DNA of 64,000 nucleotides from Gnetum montanum (taxonomy: Eukaryota > Plantae > Gnetophyta). The stretch's first letter is position 1; each line of letters starts with the position of its first letter. The stretch spans positions 370,963 to 434,962 of the forward strand of contig MNCI01000952.1 in NCBI GenBank assembly GCA_015680685.1, written 5' to 3'. Below the pieces are notes generated by a model. That model was given only the letters and a program-made list of their open reading frames with translations, searched no databases and was not told the DNA's origin. Shown here in pieces: positions 1-11,590 of the stretch. Made by a program: the position numbers and the translations under genes.

Positions 1-353
1 TGCACTCAATGACACCTAGTGTAGGCACTTGGGGAAAATATTCTAACTTTCACATAGACAAATTGCAAGAGCTTTGCTACTACTATGACTTGAATGCCCC
101 TAAACATGGTTGGAAGCTTGTATTTATAGTTTTTGCTTAGGACTATGTCAATGAGGCCTCGTCAACGTAGCAAACACTACGTTGATGTGGCCCTGTCGAT
201 AGGGCAACACCATGTAAACAAGGCCCCATCGATGGAGGCTTGTCTATGAGGCCATGTCAATGGGGGTCCATCGATGAGGCCATGTCAACGGGGACCCATT
301 GATGAGGTCATGTCAATGGGGGCCCGTCAACGTGACACTTTGACGCTTCATCA
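1..353 (-). mobile_element. Partial LTR (U3 end) of the Athila-like group, same subfamily as the LTR at 59900..60803
   Basis: Ends ..CTTCATCA at 353. Matches 60545-60800 (ggcactt..gaaatattctaacttt; gtcaac/gttgac array). Minus-strand TATA (tatttatag) at ~121. Not followed by a PPT, so it is a 5' LTR or a solo LTR. Confidence 0.8.
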
Positions 354-1510
354 CCAATCCATGTTTTGCAATTGCTTCTATAGGTTTTGACAAATGATTT
401 GAGTCATAAGCTTTAGAAAAATCCATGAAATAAACAAAAATTTAAATTATTGAAATATATAGGTAGTATGCAAAGAATAGTTTAAACATATAAACTGCAA
501 AATATAGTTGAAATTTAGTGTTTTCAATAGGTTCATAAGGCTTATGACATAATAAAAGATAGTTTTAGTATCATTTACATAGTGGTTTGCCAAGTCCATA
601 TTCTCTTATTTTAACTAAGATGAACTAGCACAAGCACAAGGATATAGATTAGTAGCTTCTACTGTGTAATAAAAAATGTTTTAATTTCCTTTATTTAAGG
701 TCTACATAAAGATAGTTTTTATTTTATATTTGGGTCTCTTGATTGATGTTGCTATATAAGAGAGAATCAACATAGCTGAAAATGTCAAATAATACCTATA
801 ATCAACATAGGTAACATTATTTTGTGAGGACAAAGGTAAAATTAAGGATAAAGTTAAGATTGATTATAATGAAGTAACTTTCTTTGTACTATTAATGCTT
901 TCATTTTTGGCTGTTCATTTTAGTAGCATAAAAGCATGATAAATTGAGCCAAATGAGTAAAATGCAAAATGATTGGAATTAATACATTTGATGTTAAATT
1001 GAGAAAATATTGAAATATTATAAACTAATTCAAAAGTAATATAGTTTAGTTAGTTAAGAAGTAGCTAGCAAGTTAGAGATCTTGAAGGTCTCAAGGAGAT
1101 AAGAAAAGGAATTTAATTTCAGTTTTATTAAATAATCCGAGTGTTGATGCATAAAATTTGGACGCACCAACATCGCACCAACATCGGGAAAGAAAACTCA
1201 TTTGAGAAGATTATTGCCTAGGATGCCTCCTGTATGAGTACAAAAATTTGGGAATAGTCTTACCTGGAGAGGGTCATGTGAGGTTTTAAAAAAGTAAATG
1301 TGACATTTTAAAAAAGTAAATCAAACTGGAAAATCAGGGAATTTGAAAAACTATTTTTGAAATTAAATAACACTTTTGAATTCCAAGACTTAATGTAAAT
1401 ACAATAGTTAATTACAAAAAATTAAATTTTCCTTGGTCCGTCGTTGTTATTAGTTTGTGCTGTGTGGCCATAGCGTTGCCACAGCCAACATTACTTGTAG
1501 GTGCTGTGAG

Positions 1511-1546
1511 AGAGGGAGAGGGAGAGGGAGAGGGAGAGGGAGAGGG
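1511..1546. repeat. (AGAGGG)6 microsatellite
   Basis: Six perfect units read directly. Confidence 0.95.
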
Positions 1547-2230
1547 GTAGAGATTTATCTGGTGTTCCACTACCACGCACCTCATCATTGCCTACCCGAA
1601 GAGAGAGAAAGTGGAGAAGAGAAAATCTCACGCACCCTGCTAGAGAGAAGAGGCTGGTTGATGGTGCCCACTGCCGTCTCTTATGCTTAGACAGAACACC
1701 ATCACTAGCAAGAGAGATATGCCCTTGTTGCCACCATCACAGATTGTCTACCTCGTTGTTTGCCGCGTGTGCGGCTGGAAGAGAAGATTGCCCGTCGGTT
1801 GCCGGTTGCTGCACTGTGGAGTACGTCTGCTTCCTGTCACACACCTGCTACTGACAGAAAGCCTACGTTGCCGTTGCCAACATCCACGTCGGCCGCTGCA
1901 CCACGCGTCAACGCCGCACCACCTGTTGGAGAGAAGAAAAAGAAAGAAACAAACTGTCACCTGCCTGTTTCTGCAATGGAGAGGGATGCCCCACAGGAAG
2001 GTCGTCTGTGCACACGTCGTCCACGGCAATCATGATTCATCATGAACCAAAAAAAAAAAAAAAACCCACTGCCTGTTGGTTTTCTGGTGCGTCCCTTGGA
2101 ACTGACGCGCTGTGGTCCGTGCGTCCGTTTCTGACTGCAACTTCCTCCCCCACGAACCGCTGTGGACCCTTGTTTTATAGCCGCCCGCGTGTCTGTACCA
2201 GCCGCGTCCGCCACTCATATCCGCCACTGT

Positions 2231-2350
2231 GTAACCATCGCCACAGACGTGATGGTTACGATAGCCTTGAATGGCCACCGTCGAGCACCGCCACCCCACG
2301 TCTGGCGATGGTTACGATAGCCATGAATGGCCACCGTCCAGCACCGCCAC
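2231..2350. repeat. 44-bp direct repeat overlapping an inverted repeat
   Basis: gatggttacgatagcc[t/a]tgaatggccaccgtc[g/c]agcaccgccac at 2251-2294 and 2307-2350. gtaaccatcgcca(ca)gacgtg (2231-2251) is inverted to cacgtctggcgatggttac (2297-2315). Confidence 0.85.
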
Positions 2351-3778
2351 TAACTGACGTAACTGCCCGCCAAGCGAAACTTTAGCCACATTCTCACCTG
2401 CTGACCATGTGCACCTCATCGGTTTCGGCCACTACCTGCGTAACCACTGCCTCCACCAATGTGACCGCCACCTCTCCACGTCTGTGGATTCAATTTAATG
2501 CCCAATTTCCGCCTGAACCCAAAAACACAACAAGAGCAGCAAAGAAAGAATGCCAACACTTCCACGTTCTGCCAGACCTGCTCCACAAAAGCTTTATATA
2601 GATAAAAAAAACCCAGCACAGAAAGCTCTGCGATGCAGAGTTTTGGTGTATATTAAGTGAATTCCAGAAGCTTCCTTCCTTCAGAAGGAAGTAAGGAAAC
2701 CTAACTTAAACAAATTATAAGTACAAAATAAAGAGAACCGAACGAGAGAGAGAGAATACTAAGATAATGAAAAAAACGAGGCACGGAACAGAAATCAGCC
2801 TTTCAATTACAGAAAAACTGTGAAGTGATGGGAGGTTGCCATTTGTCATGCATTATATCACACAATCCCGGTGTATATGTATTTCCAAGGTTTCAGTTTT
2901 TGATTTCATATCTCAGTACAACGTATTTGTGGATATATTTAAAGCCTAAAATTTGTGCAGCACCGACATTGGACAAGAGGCATTGCTGCTGCCACGTTTG
3001 TCACCTCGTCGGCCTTTTGCTTAATTTTGACGTTTCCATTGCTAATGACACGCACATGGTATGCTACCAGGACTTGGAATTTTAAATATTTTACTTGCAT
3101 TTTACGTTTATTTTTCCATGTGTTTTGTCTTGGAGTAGGTTCAATGATTCTTTTAAACGTCAAATATGCATGCATAACAAGAAGTTTATCTATGATATAT
3201 ATCAGAAATATACGAATATTTATAGTTCTCGTGTGATTTTGGCAGCCGTGGCTGTTACATAGTCGATAGATAAATCGTGTGTAAAATAATTAGGCGATGG
3301 GTTCGATTTTAGCAAGCAATGTTGAGTCAGGCCCGTGCCCCGTATGGGCGAGGTTGACATCAACACTCAGCTGTAAACTAATTTGAACAGCATGTAAAGC
3401 CGTTCCTTCTGTTAAGGTGGCATACATATATAGCTCGCAACATCCAGTATTTCAAGCCATTAAAACCTATCGTCAGGCAAGGCATGGTGAGGCCAGAGGT
3501 TACATACGAATTACTACACCGAAAGTTTTGAAGTCAAAACCGTGTACAGTACAGTATATCAAATGACAAATAAGCAATGTGAATTTTCGCAAACCATAGA
3601 AAGAACTATAATTTTTTAACTCATGCCATAGATTGCGGATTCAACGATCAACAGCGGGATTTGAATTTTTACAAACCAATAATTTTAGCTATGATCTTTC
3701 TAACTGATTCGTTCAAACTTACGAATATACACTGATCCTTCATATTTTCAGACTTTTTAAACACGGGAAAGAACAACA

Positions 3779-4013
3779 TCAATGGCACGGTGGGGGCTTA
3801 ACGATGCCAGTCAGTGGTGAAGCCGGTGGCGAAGGTGGTCACTGGGCGTCGGCGAACACCAGAATTGGGTGCGTCCGCTGAAAGATTCACGTCCATGTTA
3901 GGGATAGCTGTGCACGAGGAAGACCTGCTGCTCGACAATGCCACCGCGTCGGAGGTGGCCGACACACCCGTGATATTCTTGTATACAACATTGCTCACTC
4001 ATACTTCCCCAGA
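3779..4013 (-). pseudogene. Decayed last exon of a polygalacturonase (GH28) gene
   Basis: Translates SGEV*VSNVVYKNITGVSATSDAVALSSSRSSSCTAIPNMDVNL, then after a frameshift TGIVKPPPCH*. This fits the GH28 C-terminus (VxVSNVxYxNIxGTSAT..AVxLxCS...PCxxI.L.DVNL...GxVxPxxC). Preceded by a pyrimidine tract and AG. Has an in-frame stop, Cys/Pro losses and a frameshift. Confidence 0.75.
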
Positions 4014-5062
4014 CTTTCAGTCAGTAACGAGAAAGAGACAAACCAAGCACCCTTCATTCACTTAACAAGAACATTGCTGACGCCGTTTGCCCGTACGTCT
4101 TCGGATGTTGTCGTGGAAAGGATGCAACAATCCAGAACCCTTCAGTCCAATGGGCTTGCATTGGAGATTTTTGAAATTTTAAATAAAAACATCATGCCTA
4201 AGTCACATTAACGAAACGGCGAGTAAGAGCTTGTTCGCATTGCAGTGCATGAAAACTCAATGCAAACGACACATGGAATTAATCTTCATACCTCGCAACG
4301 TAAAGCGAAATTAACAAATACGAAAAATCAAGAATGGTGGTAAAGTTTTTACTTAGTGGAGACGATCACCCCTATTACACGGCACAACGCGGTAGAACTC
4401 TTATCCAGGCTCTGCAATAAGCTTTGATATTTTAATTTACTAATTTGTGAGTTCAACTCACAACTGTCTTTTAATATCATGTGTTTCAATTTTAAAATCG
4501 ATTCTGCAATTATTTTAGACTTTTTAAAAGTGTCTTTAGAAATTTGTTCTTAAATTTCATTGAGTTCTGTTGCATTGCAGCACCAGTTTCATTTTGCCTT
4601 TTCCTTAAATGCATTGCAAAAAGTTGACATGTTCTTCCCATTAAAAGCGATGGCGTGAATAAAGTGGAAGAGCATCTTCATGCTGCTTTGCCCGAGAAGG
4701 AAATTTGATTCTATGATGTTTTATTACCAGAAGCGTCTTAGGTGAGAACCGTAGGCAATAATTTTGAATTTTCCTTAGAGACATGAATCTCGAGCACATA
4801 ACCATGGAACAAAATCGCATAGGTAAAACAGATGTTCAATTCTAACCTTCGTAGTTAAATCGGCTGTAATGTTATTACAAATCAAAACATTTCACTCTAG
4901 CCTCCACATGTTCACGATGCTGAGAATGGCAGCCAATAAAAGAAAATTAGAAAATAGACGGGAATACAAAAGAATAGCAAAGAATGAGCAAAGGAATTCG
5001 GTAGCCCGTGGGATTTTGGAACATGGGTCGGAGTCACAGGCAACATGACAGCTGACCTCACC

Positions 5063-6061
5063 TCAGTTGAGTTTGCGACAGTTGAGGCGGATCTGACCGG
5101 CGCTGCCGGTGAGAGGGGAGATATTGCCCATTTTGACCATGGCAGCCGTAAAATCGCGGAAGAAGGCGGCAGCGTTGTTGGAGTAGGTCTTCACCAGTGC
5201 ATCACCGGCGATCTGCATGTCGGAGTGAAGCAGACCTTTGCGAGCCTGCAAATTTTTGTAGTACGAATTGTCGAACAAATTGGGGGAGCGCACGTCAAGG
5301 CCCTCCAGGTTGGAGTCGCCAGGGGCGCCGGCAGCAGCGGGGCAGTTGCCCTGCGCAGAAGCGGCAAAGGAGGCATCCAAATCACTTTCGTTGTAGATGT
5401 GCGGCCGGAATGTGACGCAGCGTGCTTCGCCGATGGTGTGGGCGCCCGACAGAGCCACCATCTCCGAATTTGACAACCCCTGCGCCGCGAACAGCGACAC
5501 CAACGTGCTTTGGCTCGACGCCGGTCCCGGCAGGTTCGAGTTGGCGCCAGACAGGCTGGCACTTGTAGAGTCTCGGCGTCCCAGCGGCACGGCCCATGTG
5601 GGACCCCCCAGCGCCACGACGGAGTCTCGTGCGGCAAGAGCCACGATGTCGGCACATGAGACGGTGGCGGGGCAGGCGGCCTCGAGCTGCGCTTTGATGG
5701 AGTCAATGACCTCGAAACCCCGCGCTGAGTTGGCGTTGGGGGCGGCGGTCTTTTCTCCGGTGAAAGTGGCATTGTCGTCCAGCAACAGCGACGCATCGCA
5801 GCCCTGCACAAAACAGTCGTGGAAATGCAGACGCAGCAGAGATGCGCCCATTCTCTTCTCCTTTGCCACCGCCGCCAAAACGCCCGACTTTACTATACTC
5901 AGCGCTTTGGGGCATGTCTTTCTGTAGAAGTTGGCGCTCAGCTGCTGAGCCTGAGCCTGTGTCATGACAATCGCCAACGCCATCATGCACATGTACACCC
6001 ATGCATTCTTGTTAGCTGCTGCTGCTGCTGCTGCTGATGATGAGCATGCTGATACCGCCAT
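5063..6061 (-). CDS. Class III secretory plant peroxidase (cationic, PER52/P7-like), intronless, 332 aa
   Basis: ATG at 6061 in aaccATGGcg context (the ORF track starts at an upstream GTG). Hydrophobic signal ends AQA|QQLSANFY. Distal RLHFHDCF, proximal LSGAHTIG and VSCADI motifs present. All 8 conserved Cys present. No C-terminal vacuolar extension. Confidence 0.97.
   Translation of the reverse strand: MAVSACSSSAAAAAAANKNAWVYMCMMALAIVMTQAQAQQLSANFYRKTCPKALSIVKSGVLAAVAKEKRMGASLLRLHFHDCFVQGCDASLLLDDNATFTGEKTAAPNANSARGFEVIDSIKAQLEAACPATVSCADIVALAARDSVVALGGPTWAVPLGRRDSTSASLSGANSNLPGPASSQSTLVSLFAAQGLSNSEMVALSGAHTIGEARCVTFRPHIYNESDLDASFAASAQGNCPAAAGAPGDSNLEGLDVRSPNLFDNSYYKNLQARKGLLHSDMQIAGDALVKTYSNNAAAFFRDFTAAMVKMGNISPLTGSAGQIRLNCRKLN
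6015..6035. repeat. (GCT)7 microsatellite encoding poly-Ala in the peroxidase N-terminus
   Basis: gctgctgctgctgctgctgct inside the CDS, before the hydrophobic signal core. Confidence 0.9.
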
Positions 6062-6215
6062 GGTTGATAACACTCAGTTCAATACTTGTTTCGAAAGCTC
6101 AAAAAAAGCAATTGCCAATTGGCTTCGCAGCAGTTGTGAAACGCTTGAGAACGCGAGCAGCACAAGACACAAGTGATTAGTGATGATGATGGCAGCCTTG
6201 CAGCGCAAGAGTTGA

Positions 6216-6222
6216 ATTTATA
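6216..6222 (-). promoter_or_regulatory. TATA box of the peroxidase
   Basis: ctcTATAAATtc about 155 bp upstream of the ATG, followed ~30 nt later by an initiator-like catcatcatcac. Confidence 0.7.
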
Positions 6223-6866
6223 GAGGAGACTACAATTAGCTACGTACAAAGTAAGTTAACATTATTATTACATTACAAAAAGTATGGCAGGCGCAGACAC
6301 GCAGGGGTTGTACAGGTGCGTTGGGTTGAAGAAGAGAGAACAAACCAAAATGGTGTGTGTGACAGGCTGTCTGTCGATGGAGAGAGTCTGGGAATCATCG
6401 TGGTATTGGGATTGCAGCATTATCACAATCCCTGTTTCAAGTGGTGCAAGTTGCATCTGGTGTGGGTGAGTATATACACTAAACTCATTTCATGTTTCAG
6501 GTGGTGCAACTGCAACTCGCGTGGGTGAGCATGATGTAGTGGACCAATCCAAAGTGGGGAGTGGGGAGAAGGTCACGTCTGGCGGGCGCGCTTGGGGCGT
6601 GGATGAGGAATTAGATGAGAGTATCGAGAGTTCATGTTCATCCAATTCCAAAACATAACCACAGGGAAGTGTGTTGGCAAGTAAACAAATAATACATGGT
6701 TTAGTCTCTCTAACATATTCAAATACATTCTGATTGCCATGCATATCTTTCATCACTGAAGTCTGAAGCAGCAGCTTCCTTGTTCCTTCCTAACGCGTTG
6801 CAGTGACGGAATCTTTGAATGAGAAGTATGTTCAAAGGTGAGAGCGCACAGTGTGCATAGCTCAGT

Positions 6867-6888
6867 CCAATCAAATTTGTCCACGTCA
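6867..6888 (+). promoter_or_regulatory. Composite ERSE (CCAAT-N9-CCACG) plus UPRE/G-box-like (TGACGTGG) element
   Basis: CCAAT caaatttgt CCACG TCA has exact ERSE spacing. Its reverse complement contains TGACGTGG. Confidence 0.5.
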
Positions 6889-7302
6889 CGCCCACAACGT
6901 TGACCGGCGGCTATGGGTGGTTGATCCGCGGATTCATGATTGTATATTCAAGTTAAGGCTTATCGATTTTGTTTTCCACCGAGAGATATCCATTGGTGTT
7001 GACTCACCGACACCACACCTTCTCGTTACATTGGATTCTGACCGGGGAATAATGTGTGTTTTAGTTGTCATGCATATTGTAGTTGCTAGAAAGCGAACAC
7101 CAACTTTGGACGTCTCATCAACTTTGCTGCAGCAACCATCAACTCTTAGTCCTAGATTTTAAAGCAACGTACATAAAGTGCTTTGTAGCATTACACGTTA
7201 ATAAATTTTATTTTTTATATTTTATTTATAAAATAATTAAACAAAAAATTTAGGTTAAGAATTATAAAGCTAGAAAATACTAAATATATAACATATAATA
7301 AT

Positions 7303-7455
7303 GAGGTGTTAAGTTTACAATAAACTATTGATTTGGAAGCTCGAAGTCATGGGTTTGATTTTGATAGGTAATGGTGAGTTCTAAACTTCTAGTTAGACTA
7401 TATTTCTTGAGCATATTAATATTACAATTATTTTAGGGTTCCAACATCTCCTCCC
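7303..7455 (+). repeat. Dispersed AT-rich repeat copy with degenerate tRNA-like cassette (type A)
   Basis: Inverted homology to 21197-21280 plus 20670-20756, and to 59040-59320. B-box-like GGTTTGATT. Confidence 0.6.
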
Positions 7456-7597
7456 CAATTACATTGAAAAAATGTAATTAAGTAAATTACTTAAGCTCAT
7501 TGTATGAGATATAAGGAATTAAGAGGGGGTTATCGAACCCTGAAAAAAGTTTTATTAATCAAAATAGAGTATCAAATACATATGTAGCATCTGACAN

Positions 7598-9080
7598 AAA
7601 AAAAGTTTTATTAATCAAAATAGAGTATCAAATACATATGTAGCATCTGACAAACTAGATGAAAAGGGTAAAAAATACACAAGTAGTGTATGATAGAATA
7701 GATAGAAATAACAAAAAAAGGAAAGACCCAATGGATTTGGGGATGCCTACTCATGTTTCATCCTTACAATCAAGCCAACAACAAAAGAAAGAAGCACCCT
7801 TTTAGGAATTCACTTCTCATCAAAGACCGATTGTAATCAATAGTACAAGTAACAAAGAAAGGATCAAATAAAGCATATGACAACTATAATTAAAAAGAAG
7901 AGCTCCTTTCTAGAGAACTCTATTGAATATGGTTATTTGCACTAGAGCTTCCATCACTCATAAATTTGGACCAAGACTACAAAAAATGAATCAATTGATT
8001 AATCTCTAGTTGAACCTTTGGAGCTTGGGATATAATTTGAAAATGGACAAGAAGAAAGATCCGTGATTTATCTGCAATAGTCAAATGATAAATATTTAAA
8101 TATTCTATTTTTCCAAAAAACGATATTACATTTACACTTTCAAATATGAAAGAAAACAATAAGCCTAATAACATTCCAAAGAAATTTGAAATTCATAGAA
8201 GTAATAGGTAAAAAGACAAAAAAAAAACATCTTGAGATAACTAACAATTTGGAATCACTTTGCATGCTCAAATCCAAGTGTATGAAGCAAATGGACATTG
8301 CCAAAAGACATGAGCAAAATCATCTGTAACTCCATGGAGAGGGCAAAGAGGAGTATAAACCCTAAGATGTTCAAGGGATTTGCCAATAGGTAAATCTTAG
8401 TGAAGGAGATACCAAAGAAACTACTAAATTTTAGGTAGAGGAAGAAGCTTCCATATTCACTTGAAGGAGGACATCCAAAATTGTTCTAATTTCTGTTTAT
8501 GCTAAATCTTGTTGCAGATATTGACATGATTCAAGAGTTGTGCAAAAGCTCAAATAGAACATGCCTCTCAATACGTATTGGTTTTCTATCTTATCAGTTC
8601 ATGCCTCTCAATACGTATAAGACAAAAGTTTTAATCCATTAGTTTGACAAAAAACGTTATGAAAGATGCTTTGTTGACAAAAACGTTTATGAAAGATACT
8701 GTGTACCAAAGCATCCAAATGTAAATAATGATGAATAAAACTATAAATTCAATCAAAATAATGATGCATGATTGTAGACACCCGATACAAATTATCAAAC
8801 ATTTCCTAAGAAATTCATTGGTTGGCAAGATGTAAATAGCTGAGAGAAATCACTTCCTTTTGAAACCAACAAGTAGCTAATTGAGAATTTGTAGTAAGAG
8901 GAGTAGGTGAACGAGGTAACCACCATGGACAAAAGTTAGAAAGAAAACTAGGATTAATCTTAACATTAGTCCAATTTATATAATCGTGTAATACCTGCCA
9001 AGCCCTCCAAACACTTTTGAAGACATGAGATCTAGAAATGATACTTGGTGTAGAGACACCTCTTTCAATTTCATTTTGTT
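7598..9080 (-). mobile_element. 3' part of an L1-clade LINE (zf-RVT domain), degenerate
   Basis: ~8480->8270 translates FWMSSFK*IWKLLPLPKI**FLWYLLH*DLPIGKSLEHLRVYTPLCPLHGVTDDFAHVFWQCPFASYTW, the zf-RVT signature. Boundaries approximate. Confidence 0.8.
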
Positions 9081-9099
9081 TTTTTCTATTGGTAGTTTT

Positions 9100-9960
9100 T
9101 GCAAGTTTTAGGCTTTGGAAAGACATTTTGGAAGTCTAAGAGACGTCTTAGCTAAGAGTTGAGCTTGCAGGAGACATCCTAGATTTAGGGGAGATGTCTT
9201 GGCTGAGTAATATTCATCTCAGGTAGACATTCCACAGAATGGTGAGACATCTCAACTGAGATGCCCTGGTTTGGTTGAGATGTCCCAACTACAGTGGAGA
9301 TTTCCTAGGCAAGGATGACACATCTCACATGCTAGATAGAATTGATAATGAGATGACCCAAAAAGCTTAGAGACAACTCGAATGAGCATGAAAACTTCCA
9401 AAATTTTCATTCAAATTTGGGAAATATCCAAGATAAGGAAGGAAAATATAGAAATAGCTTGAGATCCTCAAGTTGAGTTGGAGAAAGGTTTTTAAGTTTC
9501 TTATCTTCTCTTTTTCATTAAATATTAACGTATTCCTTCATGAGATGCCTTGAGAAGGAGGGCTCAAGAGATGAGGGCATAAGTATAAGAGTGTCATTGT
9601 AGCTTTGTGGTTAAATTGTGTGTGTTTGACTTGTGTGTGTGTGTGTCTTGTGTGCTTGCATGAGTTGATCTCATCCAACTATGCCTTGCATTGAGGACAA
9701 GTACTATGCGATTATAGAGCTTCATGCTTTGTAGTATTGTTTGAGTATTGTGAGAATTTTTGGATGCTTTGTGGCTGTGAAACCTTATTGTAATCTTCTT
9801 TGCAATAATTGAAAATAGCTACTTTTTTTTGTTTTCTAGAATATTGATCTGTCTTTTCATAGCATTTGGATTTAGTGGATTTGAAGGTTAATATGTATTA
9901 GAGTGAACTTGCTCCAATAATCATATAAGAAGATTTACGTAATTAAGACCATGCAAAATT
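9100..9960 (+). mobile_element. LTR-like segment with AGACGTCT-derived motif array
   Basis: Repeated agacgtct/agacatc/agatgtc motifs followed by TG-rich sequence. Same organisation as 29800-30900. Termini not resolved. Confidence 0.4.
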
Positions 9961-10074
9961 GCATGATTTTAAATATGAAAATAGTACTACTTGAGGCACC
10001 AAGCACTAGCTTAATATCCCATTATTATCTAGAATATCATATAAATAACTAATAAAATTATGGTTATGAGAACC

Positions 10075-10310
10075 CAAAATAATTTAACTATAGGTACATC
10101 TCAAGACATATAGCAACGTAATATAGTAGAAGAATTGTAGAGAAATACAAAGATGCCTGAAGTAGGGGCCATCATTTAGAGTGATGATTAGGTAATTGTT
10201 TCTCAAATTGTAAGACTTGGGTTTGATCTTAAACATACCCATTCAAAAAAGGCTAGGCTTTTGCTTGTCCATCGATCCTCTTAAGATCCACCTTGGCTAG
10301 ATGAGCTAAG
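10075..10310 (+). repeat. Dispersed repeat copy with tRNA-like cassette (type B, 10165-10240)
   Basis: Homologous to 20548-20642 and, inverted, to 25340-25485. ggggccatcatttagagtgatg...ttgggtttgatc resembles decayed A/B boxes. Confidence 0.6.
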
Positions 10311-10369
10311 AGGAAGAAAATAGGAAAAGGGAAGGAGGGGGGGGGAGGAGATGTGGTGGTTGTGGGGGA

Positions 10370-11590
10370 TCCCAAAATACATTAATAATGAGCAAAGAAA
10401 ATACGTAGTACATCATAAGATTGACACTAAGTGGACATCATCAAAAGAAATATGAAAAGAAAAAACTTTCCAATTTTAGGATTGTCTACTTAGGTATACA
10501 ACCTTCCAATTGATACTTTAAAAAAAATAAGTGAAACAATTAATTATTGTTAGGGAAAAAGGTCCTACTCCTAACAAAATTTACTTCTATTTTCAACATT
10601 CATGTTTGAACTTAAAGCAACAAAATAATTCAAGGTCAAGAATCTTTACCATCAAATACAACCTTCCTATCAATAATAGTTTTAATCTTTGAGTTAATAG
10701 TATTCTTGTTGGACAGGGAAAAATTTTTCTTATGATTTATTTATCCAAACTAATTAATATTTTTTCTAGTACCAATAAACATATACATACAAGCTTTTAT
10801 CTTCTTTGGATTCTGTATTGTTATTTGATCATTTTTATTGTTGACATTAACTTGATTTTTCATATCTTTAACTTCATATTATTTTTTTCTATATTTAACT
10901 TCAATACATTTTCTCTCTTCTTCAAAATCTTTCTTCTGAAGCAAAAAAAGACAAGAATAACACAAATATCCTTTATGATGATAAAAGTTATAAGAATTAG
11001 AAAGATTATAATATGTAATTAGCTAAATATAAGTCTTTTCTCTTACTTGTAGTAACAATTCCTTTTTATGATTAAGAATGTTAATTTCAACAAAAAATGC
11101 CTATGTATATAGAAGTTGTAGAAATAAAATCCATATGATTAATGAGACTATGAAGGCTAATAATTTATTACTCAGCTTTCTAAAAAATTAATGAAAGAAT
11201 ATAAAACTCAATAAAACATGGAACTTTAGCATATTCTTCATATTGAACATTAAAATCAAAATCCCATTTATGAATGATCAACACTGAATTCTTATGTATA
11301 AAAGACCTCATATTTAGGGCACACTACACCATAGAAGCATTGCCTAACTCAACAAGCAAAAAAATGAAAATAATACCTGGCATGAAGCATTTGAATGTCA
11401 TGATTTGTCATCATATCATTTAACTGTGAAACAAAACTTTGATTATGAGGTAGGTAACTCAAAATTTGAATGAACACATATTGTAATAAAGATCAACAAC
11501 TAATCATTCATATACATCATTGCAAATGATAAGATCACATTTTTTAGTTACTTCAACATCACTAAAAGAAGATGTTCCAACTTTTTTCTT
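10370..11590 (-). mobile_element. Heavily degraded LINE reverse-transcriptase fragment (host of element A)
   Basis: Remnants SVLIIHKMG, YGF....HFLL and PKIGKF..FDDVHLVS fall in RT motif order. Homologous to 58300-58960. Confidence 0.45.

Noticed and set aside
1457-2619. Cluster of short ORFs
   Set aside because: No recognisable domains. They run through microsatellite and poly-A tracts and are expected in GC-rich DNA.
3331-3349. GCCCGTG..TATGGGC hairpin resembling a Helitron 3' end
   Set aside because: No downstream CTRR terminus and no 5' TC end identified.
5045-6176. Several overlapping ORFs of 70-206 aa
   Set aside because: Shadow frames of the GC-rich peroxidase CDS.
7543-7652. Perfect 54-bp tandem duplication
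   Set aside because: The copies are separated by the single N at 7597, so this is almost certainly an unmerged contig overlap.
8560-8700. 19-bp and ~24-bp short direct repeats inside the L1 relic
   Set aside because: Consistent with local duplication or repair filler. No further structure.
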